A stretch of 57,606 bases of DNA, taken from the NCBI GenBank assembly GCA_045597265.1, contig JAZODX010000210.1:1-57606 (forward strand), given 5' to 3'. The notes beneath the pieces were generated by a model, which worked only from the letters and a program-made list of their open reading frames with translations, searched no databases and was not told the origin of the DNA. The translations under genes were made by a program, and so were the position numbers. Each line of letters opens with the position of its first letter. Positions within the stretch are counted from its first letter, which is position 1. Below are positions 38,056-45,661 of this stretch, piece by piece. The stretch comes from Eubacteriales bacterium (GTDB lineage Bacteria; Bacillota; Clostridia; Oscillospirales; CAG-272).

Positions 38056-38721
38056 GTGAAGCTGTTATTCAGCGCAATTTCGAAATTCTTGACAGGAGTC
38101 CTTTTGGTCGGTCTTCTTTTATTTCTTCCTGCGGGCAGCTTCGGATATCTGCACGGCTGGCTCTTTTTGGGAATCCTTTTTCTCCCGATGCTGCTGCTCG
38201 GTGTGCTGATGTTCTGCAAGGCGCCCGCTCTGCTTGAAAAACGGCTCAACGCCCGGGAGAAGGAGAAGACGCAAAAGGGTGTCGTTGCCCTGACCGGACT
38301 TTTGTTCATCGGCGGTTTTGTCGTGGCGGGGCTTGATTTTCGCTTCGGTTGGTCGCAGGTTCCGTTGTGGGCAGTGATCACGGCTTCGGTTGTCCTTCTC
38401 CTTTCCTATGCACTGTACGCTGAGGTGATGCGGGAAAATACATATCTTTCCAGAACGGTTGAGGTGCAGGAAAATCAAAAGGTGATCGACAGCGGTCTTT
38501 ACGGCGTCGTCCGCCATCCGATGTATGCGGTAACGGTCTGGCTCTTCCTTTCCATTCCCGTGGTGCTCGGCTCGTGGTGGGCGCTCCTCTGCTTCCTGCC
38601 ATACGTTGCCGTGATTGCCGTGCGGATATGCGATGAGGAAAAGGTGCTTGAGGCCGGGCTTGAGGGATACACCGACTATAAGTCCCGTGTGAAATACAGA
38701 CTGTTTCCGTTTGTCTGGTAA
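38056..38721 (+). CDS. isoprenylcysteine carboxyl methyltransferase (ICMT)-family membrane methyltransferase
   Basis: GTG start 8 nt after AAGGAGG. Multi-TM protein with the GLYGVVRHPMY motif. Confidence 0.7.
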   Translation: MKLLFSAISKFLTGVLLVGLLLFLPAGSFGYLHGWLFLGILFLPMLLLGVLMFCKAPALLEKRLNAREKEKTQKGVVALTGLLFIGGFVVAGLDFRFGWSQVPLWAVITASVVLLLSYALYAEVMRENTYLSRTVEVQENQKVIDSGLYGVVRHPMYAVTVWLFLSIPVVLGSWWALLCFLPYVAVIAVRICDEEKVLEAGLEGYTDYKSRVKYRLFPFVW

Positions 38722-38735
38722 AAAAGGAGAATAGA

Positions 38736-39122
38736 ATGCACGATCACAATGAGGCCGAAGCTCGCGCACGCTGGGGGGATACGCCGGCCTATCACGAGCA
38801 TAAGGAGAGAACAAAGCATTATACGGAAGAAAAATGGGCGGAAGTGAACGGGGGACTTATGGCGATTTTTGCCGAGTTTGCCGCCTGTCGGGAAAATGGG
38901 AATGCCGCGGATTCCTCGGAGGCAAAAGCACTTGCCGCCGGACTGCAGGCGTACGTCAGCGCAAATTATTATACCTGTACCGACGAGATCCTTGCCGGAC
39001 TTGGGATGATGTATACCGCAGACGGGCGCTTCAAGGAGAGGATCGACCGATACGGCGCCGGTACGGCCGACTATGCAGCCGCCGCCATTGTCGCTTATAC
39101 CGAAGGGCGGAAGAGAAGATGA
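38736..39122 (+). CDS. TipAS antibiotic-recognition domain protein (stand-alone, no MerR HTH)
   Basis: EAEARARWGDTPAYHEHKERTKHYTEEKW...DRYGAGTADYAAAAI is typical of TipAS domains. Confidence 0.7.
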   Translation: MHDHNEAEARARWGDTPAYHEHKERTKHYTEEKWAEVNGGLMAIFAEFAACRENGNAADSSEAKALAAGLQAYVSANYYTCTDEILAGLGMMYTADGRFKERIDRYGAGTADYAAAAIVAYTEGRKRR

Positions 39123-39922
39123 AGCCGTCAATTCTGATTACCGGTGCGTACGGCGGTATGGGGAGAGCCACGGCGAATGCGCTCAGGGCAAGGGGATTTC
39201 GTATCTTTGCGCTGGACAAAACGGTTGGCGCGGAAGAAGAAAATATGATACCTGTTGAAGCAGATCTTACCGATGAGGAGAGCGTTAGACGGGCATTCGG
39301 TCTGGTCAGCGAACAGACCGATTCCCTATTTGCCATCCTTCATTTTGCGGGAATCTATCTGCTGGATTCTCTGGTTGAAATGGAAAGCGCCGATTTTGTG
39401 CGGATTTTTCGCGTCAATCTCGGCGGTGCGTTTCTGGTGAACAAGATCTTCCTGCCGCTTCTCTCCTCCGGCTCCCGCATCGTGATTACCACAAGCGAGC
39501 TGGCACCGCTTGATCCGCTTCCCTTTACGGGAATTTACGCCGTTACCAAGGGGGCGCTTGATAAGTATGCCTATGCCCTGCGGATGGAGCTTCAGCTGAA
39601 GGGGATTGGGGTCAGCGTTCTCCGTGCCGGTGCCGTTGCTACGGATATGCTTGGGGCTTCCACCGATGCGCTTGATCGGTTTTGCCGAAAAACCGCGCTT
39701 TATTCCTGCAATGCCGACCGATTCAAGCGAATCGTGGACGGCGTGGAGGCAAGACGCGTGGAGCCTTCCCGAATTGCAGAACGGGTGGTGCGGATTCTGG
39801 GCAAGCGAAAGCCGCGCTTTGCATACAGCATAAACCGCAATCCGCTTTTGCTGATGATGAACGCTCTGCCGAAGCGCCTGCAGTTTGGGGTGATTCGTTT
39901 GGTGCTCAAAAATACGAATTGA
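39119..39922 (+). CDS. SDR family oxidoreductase
   Basis: ILITGAYGGMGRA (TGxxxGxG) and YAVTK (YxxxK). ATGA overlap with the TipAS stop. Confidence 0.8.
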   Translation: MKPSILITGAYGGMGRATANALRARGFRIFALDKTVGAEEENMIPVEADLTDEESVRRAFGLVSEQTDSLFAILHFAGIYLLDSLVEMESADFVRIFRVNLGGAFLVNKIFLPLLSSGSRIVITTSELAPLDPLPFTGIYAVTKGALDKYAYALRMELQLKGIGVSVLRAGAVATDMLGASTDALDRFCRKTALYSCNADRFKRIVDGVEARRVEPSRIAERVVRILGKRKPRFAYSINRNPLLLMMNALPKRLQFGVIRLVLKNTN

Positions 39923-39938
39923 TTGCGTGGAAATGGCA

Positions 39939-40427
39939 ATGAAAAAAATAATTGTGATCGGCTGCCCGGGGGCGGGAAAGACCACCTTTGCGGAGAAACT
40001 GCAGGAGAGAATGGGGCTGCCGCTGTTTTACCTTGATGCGATTTGGCATAAGCCGGACAGAACGCATATTTCAAGGGAAGAATATGACGAACGGTTGGCC
40101 GGGATTCTGGCGCTTGATGCCTGGATCATTGACGGAAACTATAGCCGAACGGCAGAATGTCGGATCGCGGCGGCCGATACCGTTTTCCTTTTCGATCTCC
40201 CGGCCGAGGTCTGTCTTGCGGGTGCAATCGCCCGATTGGGCGAACCGCGATACGATATGCCGTGGATAGATACCGAGCTTGACCCGAAGCTGGAAAAAGA
40301 GATTATGGAATTCGGAGAAAAAAATCTGCCGAATCTTTATGGGCTGATCAACAAATATCGGGAAGGGAAAAGGGTGATTGTTTTTCGCAGCCGTGAGGAA
40401 GCGGATGCATTTTTGCGTCGGCTTTAA
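39939..40427 (+). CDS. P-loop NTPase, adenylate kinase-like / topology modulation protein family
   Basis: MKKIIVIGCPGAGKTTFA Walker A motif; short protein of about 160 aa. Confidence 0.7.
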   Translation: MKKIIVIGCPGAGKTTFAEKLQERMGLPLFYLDAIWHKPDRTHISREEYDERLAGILALDAWIIDGNYSRTAECRIAAADTVFLFDLPAEVCLAGAIARLGEPRYDMPWIDTELDPKLEKEIMEFGEKNLPNLYGLINKYREGKRVIVFRSREEADAFLRRL

Positions 40428-40470
40428 TCGCATGGGGCGACGACTGCCCTCGGGCTTAAAGGAAAAAAAG

Positions 40471-40896
40471 ATGATAAGGGAACTGATGCATGACCCGCTC
40501 TTTCTTGCGGGAAAGTCGGAATTGGCAGTGCGGGAGGATTTGCCGACCGCAGAAGATTTACTGGATACGCTGACGGCACACAGGGACGGCTGTGTCGGCA
40601 TGGCGGCGAATATGATCGGCGTGAGGAAGCGCATCATTGCATTCCTTGATGAGAGCGGAAAAGCACCTGCCTATACGGTGATGCTTAATCCCGAGATTAT
40701 CCGGAAGGAGGGCGCTTACGATACCGAAGAGGGATGCCTGTCGCTGCTCGGCGGTCCGCGTCCGTACAGGCGATATGCACGCATTAAGGTGCGCTATCAG
40801 AACGAAGCGCTTCAGATACGCATCAAGAGCTATACCGGATTTACCGCACAGATTATTCAGCATGAAATCGATCACTGCGACGGCGTGCTGATCTGA
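40471..40896 (+). CDS. def: peptide deformylase (short form)
   Basis: GMAANMIG, EGCLS and HEIDH motifs. Confidence 0.8.
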   Translation: MIRELMHDPLFLAGKSELAVREDLPTAEDLLDTLTAHRDGCVGMAANMIGVRKRIIAFLDESGKAPAYTVMLNPEIIRKEGAYDTEEGCLSLLGGPRPYRRYARIKVRYQNEALQIRIKSYTGFTAQIIQHEIDHCDGVLI

Positions 40897-40942
40897 AGTC
40901 GGAGCCGTGCGTGTGCCGCAGATCGGTGCACTCGTGAGAGCG

Positions 40943-40982
40943 CATGAAGGCCGCAAAGCATTTTTGCTTTGCGGCCTTCATG
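40943..40982. terminator. 18-bp perfect hairpin between convergent genes (terminator without a clear U-tract)
   Basis: CATGAAGGCCGCAAAGCA / TGCTTTGCGGCCTTCATG. Confidence 0.5.
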
Positions 40983-41008
40983 CAGTTTCGGCGGAGCAGG
41001 CCCCGGCC

Positions 41009-41809
41009 TCAAAGGCCGAGGAGCATTTTTACATAGGACAGATACTCCCTCACCCAGGCGGTGAACAGAAATACCTTCATGGGGGTTTCCGCCTTGATGT
41101 ACAGAGCGTCGACGTCGGCGCGTGCGCACATCAGCCGAATGCGCGGGATATGCGTCTCGGAAGAAATGCATATGATCTGTCGGTCGGTGAAGCCAAGCTG
41201 TTCGATCAGGCTGAGTGAGTAAAGAATGTTCTCTCTGGTATTGGAGGCTTTCTCCTCAAGAAAGATGCGATCGGGTGAAACACCGCGCTCGACCATATAG
41301 TCTCGCATACAGGATGCTTCGGTGAAGGGCTCGTCAGGCCCCTGACCGCCGCTGACGATGCAGAGAGCATGGCTGTCCTTCAGCATCGTGTCCACGGCTA
41401 CGTCGAGGCGCGAGGCAAGCGTCTTTGCCGGTCCGTCTGCCTTGACCTTTGCACCGAAAACAATGTAGATGTTTTCGGTGCCGTCCTCCTGTGTAGTCGG
41501 CTGTGCGCTCGGGGAGAGATGGATATAGCCGACGAGCATGACGAGGGTGAGTGCGTAAAACATCATCGCGCAGGACATGAGAATCTTGATGCCGAGATAT
41601 ACCTTCCCAAGCCGTGCTCTGAGAAATTTGCGCAAGAGATAGGGAAGGATTACACCAAGCATTACGGTCAGCGTCACGCAAAGGGCGAACAGGCCTTCGG
41701 GCGCAATGATCAGCTTCAGCAGATATGAGCCGAAGCAAATCAGGGTGAAGATACCGAATATGCGGTAAATGCGGGAAAAGATCTTGTCGGATTTGGAAAA
41801 ATATTTCAT
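41009..41809 (-). CDS. YdcF/DUF218 family membrane-anchored protein
   Basis: N-terminal TM helices followed by IVSGGQGPDEPFTEASCMRDYMVERGV...EEKASNTRENI. Confidence 0.7.
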   Translation of the reverse strand: MKYFSKSDKIFSRIYRIFGIFTLICFGSYLLKLIIAPEGLFALCVTLTVMLGVILPYLLRKFLRARLGKVYLGIKILMSCAMMFYALTLVMLVGYIHLSPSAQPTTQEDGTENIYIVFGAKVKADGPAKTLASRLDVAVDTMLKDSHALCIVSGGQGPDEPFTEASCMRDYMVERGVSPDRIFLEEKASNTRENILYSLSLIEQLGFTDRQIICISSETHIPRIRLMCARADVDALYIKAETPMKVFLFTAWVREYLSYVKMLLGL

Positions 41810-41931
41810 ATGTTTCTTCTTTTGGTGTCGTGTGTTCGTGGATGGGTGAGAAGAAGAGGAATTCTGATTATATTGTAGCATAGAGACGGCGTTTTGGCAA
41901 GAGGTTTGACGGTTGCCTGTTTTGAATTTTG

Positions 41932-41960
41932 TTGAAGTCGGGTGAAATTTATGGTATAAT
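41932..41960 (+). promoter_or_regulatory. sigma-A type promoter
   Basis: TTGAAG, 17 nt, TATAAT, with a TG-extended -10. Confidence 0.55.
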
Positions 41961-42029
41961 AGGTGTAATACCGCGGCAGCGACGGTAACAGTTTATGTCG
42001 GGCAGCAAATCCGCACGGGAGGGGAAAGC

Positions 42030-42962
42030 ATGTCAAAATACAGGATCAGCCGTGAATTCTTTCCGTTTTCGCATTTTACACCGCCCATCAGCGAGAAATT
42101 TCTTGCTGTGGCCGTGCCGAATATGAGAACGCCGAAGTTCATCGATCGGGACAAGGCTCTTGTCGTGCGCCGTTATGAAATCGAAAGCTTTGACGGCGTG
42201 ATGATTGAATGCTTTCTGATGTCGCCGAGGGCTTTGGATGGCCGAGCGCCTTGCCTGATGTATTTCCACGGCGGCGGATTCGTACTGCCGGCGGCGGGAT
42301 ATCACTATAAAAACGCCATGCAGTATGCCAAAGCGGTTGGCTGTAAGGTAATGTTTGTCAACTATCGTCTTGCCCCTACCCATCCGCATCCCGTATTCTT
42401 TTTGGATTGCTATGCCGCTATGTGTCGGACGTATGACGACGCAGAAGCGCTCGGCATAGATCCCGCACGTATCGGCATCGGCGGAGACAGCGCGGGTGCG
42501 ACCCTTGCGGTGGGTGTTTGTATGATGGCACGGGATCGGGGACATCCCGTGAAATTTGCCTTTCAGATGCTGCCGTATCCCTATTTGGATGCGCGCGGCA
42601 ACAGTGCGTCCTGCAAAAAATACACCGATACGCCGATGTGGAACTCCTCGCTGTCCGATCGGATCGGGCCCATGACGAAGGCGGACCGAAGCCGCCCCGA
42701 TTACGTTTACTATTCCCCCGTGGAAGCCGAAAGCTTTGCGGGGCTTCCGCCTGCCTATATCGAAACGGCAGAGTTTGATTGTCTGCACGATGACGGTATT
42801 CTGTACGCTGAACGGCTTTGCGCCGCCGGGATTCGGGTCACGCTGAACGAAACCTGCGGTACGATGCACGGGTTTGATATCGTTCGGGGTGCCAAAACGA
42901 CGAAAGCCGCACTGGCGGAGAGAATTCGGTTTATGAAAGAGCGGTTTTACGGAATAAAATAA
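42030..42962 (+). CDS. alpha/beta hydrolase (HSL-family esterase/lipase)
   Basis: HGGGF oxyanion motif and GDSAG nucleophile elbow. Confidence 0.8.
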   Translation: MSKYRISREFFPFSHFTPPISEKFLAVAVPNMRTPKFIDRDKALVVRRYEIESFDGVMIECFLMSPRALDGRAPCLMYFHGGGFVLPAAGYHYKNAMQYAKAVGCKVMFVNYRLAPTHPHPVFFLDCYAAMCRTYDDAEALGIDPARIGIGGDSAGATLAVGVCMMARDRGHPVKFAFQMLPYPYLDARGNSASCKKYTDTPMWNSSLSDRIGPMTKADRSRPDYVYYSPVEAESFAGLPPAYIETAEFDCLHDDGILYAERLCAAGIRVTLNETCGTMHGFDIVRGAKTTKAALAERIRFMKERFYGIK

Positions 42963-42970
42963 ACAGAGGG

Positions 42971-43246
42971 ATGGCAAGCGACGACTTATATCAGCTGGAA
43001 CGGTGCGTCGCTTTGCTCGCCCCCAACGGGAGGCGCGTACCCCGTGTCGGCGATAAGAAAACCTTCGCAAAAGAGGGCTTTACGTCGAACGATAACCCGG
43101 GCGTTCTGTATATCCATAACTGCACTTATGACGGGATAAGGAAAGTGATTCGTTTATTTAAGGAGAATAAAATGAAGTGTGTATATAGTTTTCGGGGCAA
43201 AGCAAGCGCAGATGGTCCGGTGACGAAGGAGGGGAAACAAACGTGA
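42971..43246 (+). CDS. hypothetical small protein
   Basis: Open frame only. The stop overlaps the GTG start of the next gene. No recognisable motif. Confidence 0.3.
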   Translation: MASDDLYQLERCVALLAPNGRRVPRVGDKKTFAKEGFTSNDNPGVLYIHNCTYDGIRKVIRLFKENKMKCVYSFRGKASADGPVTKEGKQT

Positions 43247-43620
43247 CGCGACAGGCTTTTCTTGCGTATTGCCGTGATATATACGGCACGACCGCAGATT
43301 ATCCCTTCGACGAGGATTTTGAGACAGCCGTGCTTCGGCATATCTCCAACCGCAAGTGGTATGCTGTCGTGATGCGCGTGTCCCGCCGAAAGTTCGGCTT
43401 TGCGTGCGATGAGATGATAGACGTGGTCAATCTGAAGCTGCCGCCCGAAATGTTCGGTTCATTCGGCGCGGCTGACGGCGTGTATCCTGCGTACCATATG
43501 AATAAGGTGCATTGGATCTCCGTTCTGCTGCCCGATGCGGCGGAGATTTTGGTGGAGCTTCTCGTCGCGGCAAGCTATACGGCAACGCAGGATAAGAGAA
43601 AACGGAGAAGAAGCGAATAA
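43243..43620 (+). CDS. MmcQ/YjbR family DNA-binding protein
   Basis: YPFDEDFETAVLRH..NRKWYAVVM...YHMNKVHWISVLL. Confidence 0.75.
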   Translation: MTRQAFLAYCRDIYGTTADYPFDEDFETAVLRHISNRKWYAVVMRVSRRKFGFACDEMIDVVNLKLPPEMFGSFGAADGVYPAYHMNKVHWISVLLPDAAEILVELLVAASYTATQDKRKRRRSE

Positions 43621-43742
43621 AGACGCCGTTTGGGCTTGACGATTGTTCTTTTCGCCCGGTTGTCCGAACCGGGAAGGCGTGCGTGCGGGCAGATGGGGAG
43701 ATGCGATTCGCCCCGCTAAACGGATAAATCCCTCGCACGTTC

Positions 43743-43771
43743 TTGATTTATTCGCGTTTTTGTGGTACAAT
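43743..43771 (+). promoter_or_regulatory. sigma-A type promoter
   Basis: TTGATT, 17 nt, TACAAT, with a TG-extended -10. Confidence 0.5.
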
Positions 43772-43815
43772 TAATTAAAAGCGCAGGCGGAGCGAATAGG
43801 AAAGGAGGCTTGTTT

Positions 43816-44739
43816 ATGAATTTGCTGCATATGAAATATGCGGTTGAGGTTGCAAGACTCGGTTCACTGAACAAAGCAGCGGAAGCACTGATGATAGCAC
43901 AACCGAATATCAGCCGTTCCATCAAAGAGCTTGAGGCAGATCTTGGAATTACGATATTCCAGCGAAGCGCGAAGGGCATGGTTTTGACGCCCGACGGTGA
44001 GGAGTTTATCGATTATGCGCGTGACATTCTTCACCGTATCGATAAGATCGAGCAGTCCTATCGGGATGGATCGCATAAGAAGCGTAGATTTTCGATCTCG
44101 GTTCCCCGCGCGTGCTATATCTCTGCCGCGCTGGCGGAATTTTCAAAAACCATCGGAGATGCTCCCATAGAAATATACTACAAGGAAACCAACGCCAAAA
44201 GGACCATAAAAAACCTTCTCGAAAACGAATACAGGCTTGGGATCATTCGTTACTCGGATAACTATGATAAATATTACAAGGATTTGCTTGAGGAAAAGGG
44301 ACTTTCCTACGAGCTTGTGGCGGAGTTCTCCTATGTTCTTCTGATGAGTAAGGACAATCCTCTTGCCGGGAAGGAAACGATTACTTACGACGATCTTTCC
44401 GATTATATTGAAATTGCGCACGCAGATCCTTACGTTCCTACGCTCTCTATGTCCAAGGTATTCCGCGAGGAGCTGCCCGACAAGGTGGATCAGAGAATAT
44501 TCGTCTTTGAACGAGCAAGTCAGTTCGATTTGATTTCCGAAAATCCCCAAACCTTTATGTGGGTATCCCCTGCCTCACAGCAGATCCTTGACAGATATGA
44601 TCTCGTTCAACGCGTGTGTGAGGGCAATAAAAAGGTATACAGGGATGTCCTTATCTATCGCAAAGGCTATAAGCTTACCGGACTTGACAAAGATTTTATT
44701 ACCGCGCTTTGCAACGCAAGGAGAAGGTTTATTCATTAA
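43816..44739 (+). CDS. LysR family transcriptional regulator
   Basis: MNLLHMKYAVEVARLGSLNKAAEALMIAQPNISRSIKELE HTH domain. AAAGGAGG RBS. Confidence 0.85.
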   Translation: MNLLHMKYAVEVARLGSLNKAAEALMIAQPNISRSIKELEADLGITIFQRSAKGMVLTPDGEEFIDYARDILHRIDKIEQSYRDGSHKKRRFSISVPRACYISAALAEFSKTIGDAPIEIYYKETNAKRTIKNLLENEYRLGIIRYSDNYDKYYKDLLEEKGLSYELVAEFSYVLLMSKDNPLAGKETITYDDLSDYIEIAHADPYVPTLSMSKVFREELPDKVDQRIFVFERASQFDLISENPQTFMWVSPASQQILDRYDLVQRVCEGNKKVYRDVLIYRKGYKLTGLDKDFITALCNARRRFIH

Positions 44740-44783
44740 ATGCCATATCCATGCAGTCAATACGTCTTATAACAAATCGGTAA

Positions 44784-44812
44784 TTCACAGGTAAACGGTA
44801 TCGTGATACAAT
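44784..44812 (+). promoter_or_regulatory. candidate orphan promoter
   Basis: TTCACA, 17 nt, TACAAT, with a TG-extended -10. No ORF with an RBS follows. Confidence 0.4.
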
Positions 44813-44818
44813 GATTAT

Positions 44819-44905
44819 GTCACCCCTCAACCGACGCTCCAAACAAAATAATTTTATAGAAAAGCATAAGCAGTTTCATCAAAGTGATGAAACTGCTTGT
44901 TTTTT
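44819..44905 (+). ncRNA. candidate small RNA (~85 nt) with a C-rich anti-Shine-Dalgarno-like motif
   Basis: Bounded by the promoter at 44784-44812 and the terminator at 44869-44906. The 5' region contains CACCCCUCAACC. Confidence 0.25.
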
Positions 44906-44906
44906 A
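44869..44906 (+). terminator. rho-independent terminator
   Basis: 12-bp perfect stem AGCAGTTTCATC / GATGAAACTGCT followed by TGTTTTTTATT. Confidence 0.7.
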
Positions 44907-44971
44907 TTGATAAGGTGATTATCGATTACAGTTATATCGATACGCATAATACCGATATAACATTTTAATTA

Positions 44972-45000
44972 TTCCCAGGGAGTCGATATCGTGTTAAAAT
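44972..45000 (+). promoter_or_regulatory. promoter of the rex-adhE unit
   Basis: TTCCCA, 17 nt, TAAAAT, with a TG-extended -10. Confidence 0.45.
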
Positions 45001-45008
45001 ATTAACAG
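44991..45008 (+). promoter_or_regulatory. Rex operator (clostridial type)
   Basis: GTGTTAAAATATTAACAG contains the palindrome TGTTAA-N4-TTAACA and overlaps the -10 element. Confidence 0.6.
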
Positions 45009-45027
45009 TACAACGAGGAGGTGGCAA

Positions 45028-45660
45028 ATGAACGGATATTCCATCCCCAAGGCAACACTCGGTCGGCTTCCGCAGTATCTTGAGATTTTGAGAAACTTAC
45101 CCGAAACGCGCCGCACAATATCAGCAACCGCAATTGCTAAGGCGTTATCGCTCGGCGATGTTCAGGTTCGCAAGGACCTTGCGGCTGTCAGCGGTGCAGG
45201 CAAGCCAAAGATCGGCTATGAAACCGATAAATTGATTGCCGACATTGAAAGTCATCTCGGGTACGAGAGGCTGACAAATGCAGTTCTCGTCGGTGCGGGA
45301 AAACTCGGAAGAGCGCTTCTCGATTATGACGGCTTCGAGAATTTCGGCGTGAGGATCGTTGCAGGCTTTGACTGTAACGAAACGGTATTGGGGAAAGGCA
45401 AAGAAGATATACTGCCAATCAGAGATATCGGTGCTTTCTGTCGTGAATACAACGTAAAGCTTGGTGTTATCACGGTAGGGCGAGGCTCGGCGCAGGCGGT
45501 TTGCGACAAGCTGGTGGAAAGCGGCATTGAAGCAATATGGAATTTCGCCCCCGTTGCCTTAAAAGTGCCAAGCGGCGTGCTTCTCAAGCAGGAAAATTTA
45601 GCGTTGTCTCTCGCATATCTCAATAATCAAATCAGTAAACCATATCAGGAGGACAGGTAA
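45028..45660 (+). CDS. rex: redox-sensing transcriptional repressor Rex
   Basis: IPKATLGRLPQYLEILRNL wHTH domain, and a VLVGAGKLGRAL Rossmann NADH-binding site. GAGGAGG RBS. Confidence 0.9.
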   Translation: MNGYSIPKATLGRLPQYLEILRNLPETRRTISATAIAKALSLGDVQVRKDLAAVSGAGKPKIGYETDKLIADIESHLGYERLTNAVLVGAGKLGRALLDYDGFENFGVRIVAGFDCNETVLGKGKEDILPIRDIGAFCREYNVKLGVITVGRGSAQAVCDKLVESGIEAIWNFAPVALKVPSGVLLKQENLALSLAYLNNQISKPYQEDR

Positions 45661-45661
45661 A

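Noticed and set aside
38834-39118. Long N-terminal extensions offered by the ORF track. Examples: the SDR from 38834, BSH from 14560, nitroreductase from 18636, def from 40378, the SBP from 24044 and the XRE gene from 56651.
   Set aside because: The extensions overlap upstream genes or terminators and lack an RBS. Internal starts have good SD spacing and give canonical N-termini (TGxxxGxG, Cys2, lipoprotein signal and so on).
44940-44990. Several ATCGAT/TATCGAT-like words clustered upstream of the rex promoter (ATCGATTAC, ATATCGATAC, ACCGATATA, GTCGATATC).
   Set aside because: There is no consistent spacing or symmetry that I could turn into an operator model. They may simply reflect AT-rich composition.
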